Below are positions 16,514 through 25,384 of a DNA stretch of 64,000 nucleotides, one piece after another. The translations under genes and the position numbers were made by a program. Source of the stretch: Peptococcaceae bacterium UBA6096 (GTDB lineage: Bacteria > Bacillota > Peptococcia > DRI-13 > UBA5745); assembly GCA_002435905.1 (NCBI GenBank), contig DIWW01000016.1:8389-72388 (forward strand), written 5' to 3'. Within the stretch, counting starts at the first letter, position 1. Each line of letters opens with the position of its first letter. Under the pieces are notes generated by a model, which ran no database searches, was not told where the DNA came from, and saw only the letters and a program-made list of their open reading frames with translations.

Positions 16514-17500
16514 CTATTTGACCCAGTCTCTGACCTGCCGGATGATCGCCTTGGTGGAAACGCCGTAAGTATCCTGGAGCGCTTCCAGGGTGCCTGCTGC
16601 AAGGTACTGATCCGGCAATGCGATTTTTTTCAAGTCGCAGGATACCTTTTCATCCATAAGCAAAGATGCAACCAGACTGCCCAAACCGCCTACAATGGTG
16701 TGATTTTCTGCTGTAATGACCAGACGTCCAGACTTTTTCACTTCGTTCAGAATCGTCTCCTGATCCAGCGGCTTTATGGTGGGAACATGCAGTACCGCCA
16801 CATGGATGTTGTCCTGCTCCAGGATTTCGGCGGCATCGAGACAGCGCATGGTCATCAATCCGGTGGAAATCATCAGCGCATCGTTACCCTCCCTCAGCAC
16901 CTTCGCCTTGCCTAGTTCGAACTTGTAATCATATCGGTCCAGGACCATGGGAACCCGGTTGCCGCGAAGAAGTCTCATGTAGACCGGCCCGTCGTATTCA
17001 GCCATCGCCCGGGTCGCTTGAGCCACTTCCACCGCATCGCAGGGGTCTATAATCATCAAATTGGGCATCGCACCGAGGATCGCAAGATCATCGGTTGCCT
17101 GGTGGCTGGGACCATAGCCGGACTGCAGGCCCGGCAGACCGCCGATGATTTTCACATTGCTGTTATGCTCGCAGATGGCCTGAGAAATAAAATCATAGCA
17201 TCTTCTTGCAATGAAGGAAGCATAGGTGGTGGCAAAGGGGATGAAACCCTCCTTCGCCAGGCCGCCCGCCGCGCACATCAGCAGCTGCTCGGACATGCCC
17301 ACATTGTAAAAACGATCGGGGTACGCATCTCTGAAAACATGAATGTCTGTATACTTTGCCAAGTCAGCACTTAAGCCGACAATTTTATCATTTTCTTTTG
17401 CCAGTTCGATCAAGGTTCTTCCAAATGGCGCATCGGCTGTCGGATGATTGTTTTCGATGTTCGAGTCACTGATGACACTCTGAATGCCAGGCTTGCCCAT
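16514..17500 (-). CDS. Transketolase, C-terminal (pyrimidine-binding) subunit of a split transketolase
   Basis: 328-aa sequence typical of the TktB-type subunit. Its ATG overlaps the stop of the upstream subunit (TAATG). Confidence 0.85.
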   Translation of the reverse strand: MGKPGIQSVISDSNIENNHPTADAPFGRTLIELAKENDKIVGLSADLAKYTDIHVFRDAYPDRFYNVGMSEQLLMCAAGGLAKEGFIPFATTYASFIARRCYDFISQAICEHNSNVKIIGGLPGLQSGYGPSHQATDDLAILGAMPNLMIIDPCDAVEVAQATRAMAEYDGPVYMRLLRGNRVPMVLDRYDYKFELGKAKVLREGNDALMISTGLMTMRCLDAAEILEQDNIHVAVLHVPTIKPLDQETILNEVKKSGRLVITAENHTIVGGLGSLVASLLMDEKVSCDLKKIALPDQYLAAGTLEALQDTYGVSTKAIIRQVRDWVK

Positions 17501-18324
17501 TAATTCTCTCCCCTTTCCAGTTCTTGATATGCACGCACCCAGCCTTCATCGTTCAAGCTGATGAAATGGCTCTTGGGATCGCCGATCAGGAAAGGGATTC
17601 CTTTGCCGGGAACTGTATCGCAAAGGATCACACTGGGCTTTTCCTCAGCGGAGGCCTTCGCGTTGTCGATAGCGGTCATCAATGCAGATATGCTGTTGCC
17701 GTCGATCCTTTGAACGTAAAAATTGAATGCCTTGAACTTATCGGTTAAAGGCTCCGTGTCCAGCACGGTGCTGGTCTTACCGTCCGCCTGAATCCCGTTG
17801 ACGTCGACCAACGCGATGATGTTGTTCAGTTTATAGCTTCCAGCGGACATGGCGGCTTCCCATACCGGGCCTTCCGCCAGCTCGCCGTCGCCCATCATCA
17901 CATAAACACGGGCATCCGATCCCTTTTTTTTCAGCCCCAGCGCCATACCAACCGCAATCGGCAAGCCGAGGCCGATGGATCCGCCGGATATCTCGATCCC
18001 GGGCGTATAGGCAGGCATGCTGGACATTGGCAGACGGCTGTTGTCCAAGCCGTAGGTATCCAGTTCTTCCTTCGGTATAATACCTGCCTCTGCCATGGCC
18101 GCATACACCGCAATCGCGTTATGACCGGCCGACAGCAGGAAACGATCCCTGCCTTCCCACTTGGGATCTTCAGGACGATATTTCATTGCATAAAAGTATA
18201 AGACCGTTAAAAAGTCAGCCGCGCCCACCCCCTGGGCAATGAAACCTTTTTTGTCGATCTGGGCCATTTTCAGCACATTTTTCCGAACTTCAAAGGCCTT
18301 TTCGATGAGTTCTTCCTTCTTCAT
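17500..18324 (-). CDS. Transketolase, N-terminal (TPP-binding) subunit
   Basis: GDGELAEGPVWEA is a TPP-binding GDG motif. 274 aa. Confidence 0.85.
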   Translation of the reverse strand: MKKEELIEKAFEVRKNVLKMAQIDKKGFIAQGVGAADFLTVLYFYAMKYRPEDPKWEGRDRFLLSAGHNAIAVYAAMAEAGIIPKEELDTYGLDNSRLPMSSMPAYTPGIEISGGSIGLGLPIAVGMALGLKKKGSDARVYVMMGDGELAEGPVWEAAMSAGSYKLNNIIALVDVNGIQADGKTSTVLDTEPLTDKFKAFNFYVQRIDGNSISALMTAIDNAKASAEEKPSVILCDTVPGKGIPFLIGDPKSHFISLNDEGWVRAYQELERGEN

Positions 18325-18421
18325 ACGATCCCCCTTCGGTGTTGTTTCTTTTAAACATCCAACATAGGATGTTCACATGTTGAATGTTACCATACGTCAA
18401 TTTATCTGTCAATCATGAGCA

Positions 18422-18463
18422 TAAAAAAAACACCCCTGATTTTTTCCGTCGAATCAGGGGTGT
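18422..18463 (-). terminator. Intrinsic terminator after the GntR gene
   Basis: ACACCCCTGATT-loop-AATCAGGGGTGT, a 12-bp stem, followed on the minus strand by TTTTTTTT. Confidence 0.75.
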
Positions 18464-18466
18464 CGT

Positions 18467-19210
18467 TTATTTATCGTTGCCATATTTACCTAGGGTATTA
18501 AACCAGAAACAATAGCTGCGATCGATGGTTTTGTAGAGTTCTTCCGGATCATCCCCTGCCAGCTTTTCCAAAATGTCGCTGTGGCTTTTGATGATATGTT
18601 CGGGACTGTCTTTTAGAATGTCTTCGATTGTTTTCAAAAGGAAATCCTTGGTGATCTGAACGATGGTGTCGTAGGTCGTCACCACCGCGATGTTGTGAGT
18701 GGCCAGCGCCAGTTCATGGTGGAAGGCGATATCTTTTTCGGCGATTTTATAAGGATCCTTTTCCCCTTGTGCAAAGCAATCCACTAAATCCTTATGCTTC
18801 GCGTAGAGTTTTTTCCACTCGTCCTCGCTGATTCCTGTTTCATAAAGCAGCTGCAGGATCCCGTTGTCGATCAGTTTTCTTAACCCGACCAATTCTTTGT
18901 AGGCGCTCTCTTTTTGAAGGATGATTCCGTAGAGCATGGGATCGAGCACCTTGGGAGAGAATCCATCGCAGACGTAGGTGCCGTCTGCACGACGGATTTC
19001 TAAAATACCATAGGCAACCAGGATCCGGATGGCTTCTCGTATCGTATTGCGCCCGACGCCAAATGCATTCGCCAGCTCTGTCTCTGTAGGGATCTGGGTT
19101 CCGGGCTTCAACTCGCCGTTCATAATGGCGTTGGTCAGGCGCGAAACCACCGTATCGACCACGGACGTTGCTTTGATGGGGGCAAGGTATCGTCCTTTCA
19201 TTTCTTCCAT
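18467..19210 (-). CDS. GntR-family (FadR/FCD subfamily) transcriptional regulator
   Basis: wHTH segment ELANAFGVGRNTIREAIRILVAYGILEIRRADGTYV plus a C-terminal all-helical FCD-like domain. Confidence 0.85.
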   Translation of the reverse strand: MEEMKGRYLAPIKATSVVDTVVSRLTNAIMNGELKPGTQIPTETELANAFGVGRNTIREAIRILVAYGILEIRRADGTYVCDGFSPKVLDPMLYGIILQKESAYKELVGLRKLIDNGILQLLYETGISEDEWKKLYAKHKDLVDCFAQGEKDPYKIAEKDIAFHHELALATHNIAVVTTYDTIVQITKDFLLKTIEDILKDSPEHIIKSHSDILEKLAGDDPEELYKTIDRSYCFWFNTLGKYGNDK

Positions 19211-19601
19211 TCCATTTTTAACCTCTGTCTCTATTTTAGTACTCAGGCACCAGGGCCCTTTTAGCCTGAGTATGCCTGTCGACCTTTTCCCGAATGCAAT
19301 CCTGAATCTAACAAATGAATTATAAAAAAACTTGCTTAATTATAAACGATTGATTTTATCCACGCAAGGAAAGATGATTAAAAATTTCACATGCATTGTA
19401 AGATTGCCGTCTGTTTCTCACGGATACTGTAACACAATAAATGAAAATTCGGCAATCCCTATTTTTTCTCTCAAGGGCGTTGTGCGGGTTGCAGCCGACA
19501 AATGCCGTCCTTCTGCCTTCGTCCAGGACTCGGGCTTCCACTTTCCGGACAGGAAAAGGGCACCGCCTTTGCGCACAAATGGTTGGCGGCGCCCGTGTCA
19601 C

Positions 19602-20474
19602 TTATTGTTTTTCTACCGCGATCCAGACTTCGCAGCCATAATCCGGCGAGGCCATGTCCCCCTCGGGGTAAACCTCCATATCGATCTCGTTTTTCGGCGC
19701 ATACTCCGAGGTTGGAAAAAATTCGGAATAGATGCGGCGCCAGAGATCTTGGATGGCGCCCGGCATCGGGCCTTTGCACTTAAAGATGGCCCAGGTCCTT
19801 GCGGGGATCTCGCGGATTTGGAAGCCCGACCGCAGCGGCGTTTTCCCGTTATAGCCTGCGCCGATCCCATAGGGGAACTCCCCTTGGCAGCCGTCGCCGT
19901 AGCAGATTCCTAAAATCCTGCCGTCGAAAACACCGCCGCCGCTGTAGGCGCACAGGGTCTCAATGGTGCCGTCGGCATGGGCGCTGGCCCAGAATTTCGG
20001 GATCTCCTTCAGGTTGGAGTCGTCCTTCGTCGAGAACAGCCTGACCTTCTCGATCACCTTGAACGCTTCTTTGTCTTCAATTCGGTAATCCATCATATGA
20101 CCGCCTTCCATCACAAGTTTGACGGAGAGTCTGGAAAAGGATTTGAGCGGGGCGCCGGCTTTTTTCGCCTGGGATGGGGTGATGCCGTGGAATTTTTGGA
20201 ATGCCCGTCCGAAGCTTTCCGGACTGTCGTAGCCGTATTTCAGGGCTACGTCGATGACCTTGCGGTCGGATGCGGCAAGCTCCATGCCGGCCAGGGTGAG
20301 TCGCCGGGCGCGGATGTACTCGCCCAGGGTACAACCGCAGAGGATCCCGAAAATGCGCTGAAAATGAAAACTGGAGGCGCAGGCCTGCTTGGCGATGTCG
20401 TCATAGTCCAGCGTCTGGGTGATGTTCTCCTCGATGGTGTCGATGGCATGCTGGATGCCGATGATCCAGTTCAA
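19602..20474 (-). CDS. AraC-family regulator with C-terminal GyrI-like effector-binding domain
   Basis: N-terminal HTH_18-like region (ALKYGYDSPESFGRAFQKFHGITPSQ). The C-terminal ~150 aa is GyrI-like. Confidence 0.8.
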   Translation of the reverse strand: MNWIIGIQHAIDTIEENITQTLDYDDIAKQACASSFHFQRIFGILCGCTLGEYIRARRLTLAGMELAASDRKVIDVALKYGYDSPESFGRAFQKFHGITPSQAKKAGAPLKSFSRLSVKLVMEGGHMMDYRIEDKEAFKVIEKVRLFSTKDDSNLKEIPKFWASAHADGTIETLCAYSGGGVFDGRILGICYGDGCQGEFPYGIGAGYNGKTPLRSGFQIREIPARTWAIFKCKGPMPGAIQDLWRRIYSEFFPTSEYAPKNEIDMEVYPEGDMASPDYGCEVWIAVEKQ

Positions 20475-20687
20475 ATCATTTCACCTCCCTCCGTTTAATG
20501 TGATTATAGAAGGTTCCATCATAAATCTCGTGACTTTTTGTGCGGAGCTGTGCGGGGTGCAGTGTATGAGGGTGTGGGCCCTTCCCCTAAGGTCATCATA
20601 GAGAAATGGATTTTTAATGTCAATTCTAATCTTGATCCCTGATTTGCCGGTATCGGCAATATTTTCGTATTTTTGTGATCGCGAATT

Positions 20688-20716
20688 TTGCATTTTTGCC
20701 GATAGTGGGGTATACT
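20688..20716 (+). promoter_or_regulatory. Sigma-A-type promoter candidate upstream of the Fic gene
   Basis: TTGCAT-17 nt-TATACT read directly from the sequence. A TTGCCGgtatCGGCAA palindrome lies just upstream (20644-20659). Confidence 0.4.
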
Positions 20717-20752
20717 TGATTTATCCGATTCAAAGGGCGAGGAGGAATTTGC

Positions 20753-21640
20753 GTGCAGTACCTGTCCGTTGCACACATCGCAAAAAAGTGGAAGCTTTCC
20801 GAGCGAAGCGTTCGAAATTACTGTGCCGAAGGGAAAATCCCCGGTGCTTTTCTCACGGGCAAGACCTGGAACATCCCGGCGGACGCACAAAAACCGCCCC
20901 GTAAAAATAAAGCCAACGAGCCCAGCAATGTTGCCTATCGATTGAAAACTGAAAAGCAGAGCCGGCTGTCCGGCGGCATTTACCATAAAGTACAGATCGA
21001 GCTGACCTTCAACTCAAACCATATGGAGGGCAGCACCCTGACCCATGAGCAAACACGGCATATCTTTGAAACCTCCACCATCGGCATCACAGACCAGTCG
21101 GTCAATGTGGACGATATCATTGAGACCGCCAACCATTTTCGGTGCATCGATTCCATCATCGACCGTGCCCATGCTGCACTGAGCGAAAATTACATCAAAG
21201 AACTGTATCTCCTCTTGAAAAGCGGTACCGGAGACAGCCGAAAAGACTGGTTCGCTGTGGGGGAATACAAAAATAGGCCCAACGAAGTCGGGGGCATGGA
21301 AACGACGCTGCCGGAGAATGTTCACAAAGAAATGCAGTCGCTCTTGTCCGCCTACCTTGCCAAAGCAACAAAAAGCCTTGAAGACATCCTCGACTTCCAT
21401 GTCCGTTTCGAGCGGATCCATCCCTTCCAGGACGGCAATGGCCGCGTCGGCCGGCTGATCATGTTCAAGGAATGCCTGAAATATGGCATCGTCCCCTTCA
21501 TCATTGAGGATGCCTTGAAGCTGTTTTATTACCGTGGGCTCAAAGAATGGGGCTGTGAGAATGGGTATCTCACCGACACCTGTCTGACCGCACAGGATAA
21601 ATTTAAGACCTATCTGGACTATTTCCGGATCGGGTACTGA
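20753..21640 (+). CDS. Fic-family protein with N-terminal HTH
   Basis: Fic motif HPFQDGNGRVGR. The N-terminal segment SVAHIAKKWKLSERSVRNYCAEGKIPGA is HTH-like. SNHMEG fits the (S/T)xxxE(G/N) auto-inhibition motif. GTG start with GAGGAGG RBS. Confidence 0.85.
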   Translation: MQYLSVAHIAKKWKLSERSVRNYCAEGKIPGAFLTGKTWNIPADAQKPPRKNKANEPSNVAYRLKTEKQSRLSGGIYHKVQIELTFNSNHMEGSTLTHEQTRHIFETSTIGITDQSVNVDDIIETANHFRCIDSIIDRAHAALSENYIKELYLLLKSGTGDSRKDWFAVGEYKNRPNEVGGMETTLPENVHKEMQSLLSAYLAKATKSLEDILDFHVRFERIHPFQDGNGRVGRLIMFKECLKYGIVPFIIEDALKLFYYRGLKEWGCENGYLTDTCLTAQDKFKTYLDYFRIGY

Positions 21641-21789
21641 AATGCAACGTCTGGGCTCCTTTTCGCCCCTATTCTAAAAGTCCTTCGTTTTTTTGTTGTC
21701 CAAGCTACAAAAGTCGTTCGACTTTTTGTATTATGAGAATGAACTGACGTGCCATATTTGCATCCATAAATATTTGAAAGGGTTCTGCC

Positions 21790-22485
21790 ATGAATAAAAT
21801 TCGTTTTCAAATTGAAAACATACCGGCAATCCTATGGGGTGAACCATCCCCAAAAATCTATCTTTATGTTCACGGCAAGGGCGGCCGTAAAGAAGAATCC
21901 GAGGGTTTCGCTGAAATAGTCTGCGGAAAAGGCTGGCAGGTTTTGAGCATCGACTTGCCGGAACATGGGGAACGCAGCTTCGAAAAGAACACCTTGAAAC
22001 CCTGGCAAGCTGTCCCTGAACTGCAAAACGTGATGCAGTATCTTAAGCTCCGATGGGAAACCATCGGGCTGCGGGCAAACAGTCTTGGCGCCTGGTTCAG
22101 CATGCTGGCTTTTGAAAATGAGGTTTTTGCGAAATGCCTGTTTGTTTCCCCCATTCTTGATATGGAGCATCTTATTTGCAATATGATGCAATGGGCTTCC
22201 GTATCCGAAGAAACCCTTCGGCAGAAACAGGAAATCCAAACGCCTTTTGGCGAAACTCTGTCCTGGGAATATCTTGCCTACACCAGAAAGTATCCGATTT
22301 TAAAATGGCCTTCGCCCACCTCCCTATTGTATGCCGGGAAAGACAATCTGACAGAGCGTTGGGTTGTGGATGCCTTTTGCGCACGTTTCCATTCGGACGT
22401 ATCGTTAATGGATAACGGGGAGCATTGGTTTCATACCGCCCAGCAGCTGGCGGTTCTTGACCAATGGACGGAGAGCAACACGTAA
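21790..22485 (+). CDS. Alpha/beta hydrolase
   Basis: YVHGKGGRKEE and the nucleophile elbow ANSLGA. 231 aa. Confidence 0.7.
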   Translation: MNKIRFQIENIPAILWGEPSPKIYLYVHGKGGRKEESEGFAEIVCGKGWQVLSIDLPEHGERSFEKNTLKPWQAVPELQNVMQYLKLRWETIGLRANSLGAWFSMLAFENEVFAKCLFVSPILDMEHLICNMMQWASVSEETLRQKQEIQTPFGETLSWEYLAYTRKYPILKWPSPTSLLYAGKDNLTERWVVDAFCARFHSDVSLMDNGEHWFHTAQQLAVLDQWTESNT

Positions 22486-22508
22486 CTGCCCAGACTTCAA
22501 GGAGGTCC

Positions 22509-23345
22509 ATGATGGGTAAAAGAAGATTCATCAACGATAGCATTGACTACATCCTGCAGCATCTTGACGGGAACCTTTCGGTCAAAGATGTTGCGGATCA
22601 CTTTAATTATTCGGAATTCTATTTCAGCAGAGCGTTCAAGGCAGCAACCGGCGAAAGTGTCTACGCCTTCATCAAACGTCTGAAAATGGATCAAAGCGCC
22701 ATTGATCTTAAACTGGAGAGGCATAAATCGATTACCGACATAGGGCTGGATTATGGATACAGTTCATCGAATTATAGCTCTGCCTTCAGAAAGCACCATC
22801 AACGGTCGCCTGTGGAGTTTCGTAAATCCACCCGTGAAACGGTCACCGCGAATCCTTTTCACCCCGAAAAGCTGGAAAGCTTCATGACCTTTGAGGAATA
22901 CGCCTCCAAAATAAGCATTCAAATTCTGGACGAAACCACCGTCCTTTATGAGCGGTTTATTGGAAATTACGAAGAACTTAAAGAGAAATGGTTTCAGTTT
23001 ATGGAAACCTACAAAGACTTCATCAACACTGAAACGCGCATGATTGAACGCTTTTTTGATGATCCAGCGATTGCCTCCCCAACCTGTTGTCTATGCGATC
23101 TATGCATCACCGCCGAAGAAAACTGCAATTTGGAAAATATAACCAAAATCAAAGGCGGACGCTTCGCTGTCTATCGATTTGAAGGGGAAATAAAGGACAT
23201 CTTCTGCACCCTTCAAGGTGTTTTTTGTGTTTGGCTGCCCCACAGCGGATACGAAATGAGCGAACGATACGGCTTGAATATTTATCGGGCGATGGATCGA
23301 ACCCATGGCAGGGTCGTAATGGATTTATGCATTCCCATCCAATAG
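22509..23345 (+). CDS. AraC-family regulator with GyrI-like domain
   Basis: HTH segment DVADHFNYSEFYFSRAFKAATGESVYAFIKRLK plus a GyrI-like C-terminus. Start at ATG 22509 with AAGGAGG RBS; the ORF track start is 22464. Confidence 0.8.
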   Translation: MMGKRRFINDSIDYILQHLDGNLSVKDVADHFNYSEFYFSRAFKAATGESVYAFIKRLKMDQSAIDLKLERHKSITDIGLDYGYSSSNYSSAFRKHHQRSPVEFRKSTRETVTANPFHPEKLESFMTFEEYASKISIQILDETTVLYERFIGNYEELKEKWFQFMETYKDFINTETRMIERFFDDPAIASPTCCLCDLCITAEENCNLENITKIKGGRFAVYRFEGEIKDIFCTLQGVFCVWLPHSGYEMSERYGLNIYRAMDRTHGRVVMDLCIPIQ

Positions 23346-23463
23346 GGCAAGAATTCAGAAGTAAAACCTCGGGCTTTTTTTTATAATGAATTATCCGATG
23401 AAGGTGGTTCTTATGGAAAGAAGCCTGCTTTCGTCGGAAATCAACAAAATACGGAGGTTCTCT

Positions 23464-24012
23464 ATGTTTGATATTCGAAAACTTCAGGAACAGATCATTT
23501 TTGATGCCGTTAAAAACCACAGCGATTCTGATACAGCAAAGGAAATCGTCTATGGGATCGACCCGTCTGCAGTGCGCGAGGAAAATGCCCACTGGGTAAA
23601 GTCCACCATGGGCCGAATGGAAAACAAATTCGATCATGAACAAGTTAAACAGATCCGGATGAATTGTCAGTGCGGCTACGGAATGGACGAAAAGCTTGCC
23701 CTGGTCAAAGAACTGATGTCCGGCGCCTCCAATCTGGAAGAATTTGCAAATTCGGAGCAAGCCAGAGCGGCAGGGCTGTTTTGCGAAGACGGGACCCTTT
23801 ATCTGCAGTTTACATTCTGTCCTTGTCCCATGGTTGCCGACGTCGACAAATTCGAAACGAATACCTGGTGTCAGTGCACCACAGGCTACAGTCAGGTGCT
23901 TTTTGAAAAGGCCTTCGGCTGCAAAGTCGACGTTGAATTATTAAAAAGCATAAAAATGGGGGATGAGCGTTGTCTCATGAAAATCCTTCCTTCTGGTCCA
24001 ATCTGGGAATGA
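23464..24012 (+). CDS. Hypothetical Cys-rich protein
   Basis: Cys motifs CQCG, CPCP, CQC and CLM. Start at ATG 23464 with GGAGG 7 nt upstream. Confidence 0.5.
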   Translation: MFDIRKLQEQIIFDAVKNHSDSDTAKEIVYGIDPSAVREENAHWVKSTMGRMENKFDHEQVKQIRMNCQCGYGMDEKLALVKELMSGASNLEEFANSEQARAAGLFCEDGTLYLQFTFCPCPMVADVDKFETNTWCQCTTGYSQVLFEKAFGCKVDVELLKSIKMGDERCLMKILPSGPIWE

Positions 24013-24021
24013 GGAAATCCA

Positions 24022-24059
24022 AAGGGCTGCCGGCATGGTTTGATCCATCGGCAGCCCTT
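24022..24059. terminator. Hairpin terminator between convergent genes
   Basis: AAGGGCTGCCG-loop-CGGCAGCCCTT, an 11-bp stem. Confidence 0.6.
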
Positions 24060-24085
24060 CGTCATTTTCTACATCCCAATATGCT

Positions 24086-25318
24086 CTAGAACGTCAGCCC
24101 AAGGCCTCCGAGCCGCTGCTTCAGCTCGTTGATGATTGCCCGCTCCGCTTCCACCCCATCGGCTTCAAAGGTCACGGAAAATCGCAAAAAGCCGCCGCAA
24201 TCATCCCAGGGCACCACCGAAACGTTGGCCTTTAAGATTAGGTATTCCGCCGCCTCGAAGGCGGAGTTGAACTGAACGCCGTGTTTCGCGCCCATGGGCT
24301 TTTCCACGTAGCAATAAAAAGAACCTTTCGGCTTCTTTGCATGAAAGCCCAGCTCATTCAGCGCCGGCACCAGCAGATCGAACCGTCTGGAATACTTTTC
24401 GCATATCGCATCCGTAAGCTCCGGATGGGACAAGGCGTACACCCCGGCCTTTTGGATCGCCCGGAACTGGCCGGAGTCCGTATTGTCCTTGATGTTGGCA
24501 TAGGCAGAAACCAGCTTCGGATTCCCGGCCAAAAATCCCAGCCGCCAGCCGGTCATATTGAAGGCCTTGGACATGGACTGGATTTCCGCACCGACCTGGA
24601 TGGCCCCCGGCATGGACAAGAAGCTTAAAGGCTTGGTTCCGTCATAGGTCAGGGCCGCATAGGCCGCGTCGTGGATCACCGCCACATCCTTCTTTTTGGC
24701 GAAGTGGATGACTTTTTCAAAAAAGTCATCCGTGGCCACCTGCCCCGTGGGATTGTTGGGGTAGTTGATGTACAAGACCTTGCTGCGCCGGCATACGTCG
24801 TCAGGGATCCCTTCAAGGTCCGGATAAAAATCATTTTCTTCGGTCAAGGGAAGACGATAGACTTCGCCGCCTAAATATTTGGTGTAAGTGCCAAGCACCG
24901 GGTACCCCGGCACGGTCATCAGGCTGATGTCCCCCGGATTGATCAGGCAAAGGGGCAGCATGGCCAGAATAGGCTTTGTTCCGATGCCGTGGACAATGTT
25001 CGCGAAGGGGTCCAGTCCTTTGACATGATAGACCCTTTCCATATAGCTTGCCGCCGCGATTTGGTATTCCGGGATCCCGTTATCGGAATAAAAACGGTTG
25101 CAGGCTTTTCCGCTTTCTTCGTTCAGAATCGCAACCACCGTTTCATCCGCCGGTTGGTCGGGCTCGCCCACGCCCATGTCGATCAATTTCAACTCCGGCA
25201 TGATTTTCGCGGCTTCAGCCTTCAATCGCTTGATCTTCTCAAACTTGTAGATCACCGTGTCTTCTCCGAAGCTTTCCCCGCCCAGACGTTGGGCAATTTT
25301 ATTTCTAAAATGATCCAT
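24086..25318 (-). CDS. Class I/II PLP aminotransferase, probable LL-diaminopimelate aminotransferase
   Basis: Aminotransferase fold (SMSKAFNMTGWRLG carries the PLP-lysine motif). Co-transcribed downstream of lysA under a lysine riboswitch. Confidence 0.7.
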   Translation of the reverse strand: MDHFRNKIAQRLGGESFGEDTVIYKFEKIKRLKAEAAKIMPELKLIDMGVGEPDQPADETVVAILNEESGKACNRFYSDNGIPEYQIAAASYMERVYHVKGLDPFANIVHGIGTKPILAMLPLCLINPGDISLMTVPGYPVLGTYTKYLGGEVYRLPLTEENDFYPDLEGIPDDVCRRSKVLYINYPNNPTGQVATDDFFEKVIHFAKKKDVAVIHDAAYAALTYDGTKPLSFLSMPGAIQVGAEIQSMSKAFNMTGWRLGFLAGNPKLVSAYANIKDNTDSGQFRAIQKAGVYALSHPELTDAICEKYSRRFDLLVPALNELGFHAKKPKGSFYCYVEKPMGAKHGVQFNSAFEAAEYLILKANVSVVPWDDCGGFLRFSVTFEADGVEAERAIINELKQRLGGLGLTF

Positions 25319-25384
25319 GGTGGTCCTCCTGTCTTTTCGATAAGTTCTTGAAATTCGATGATCATCTTTCGGTACGCCTCCCGC

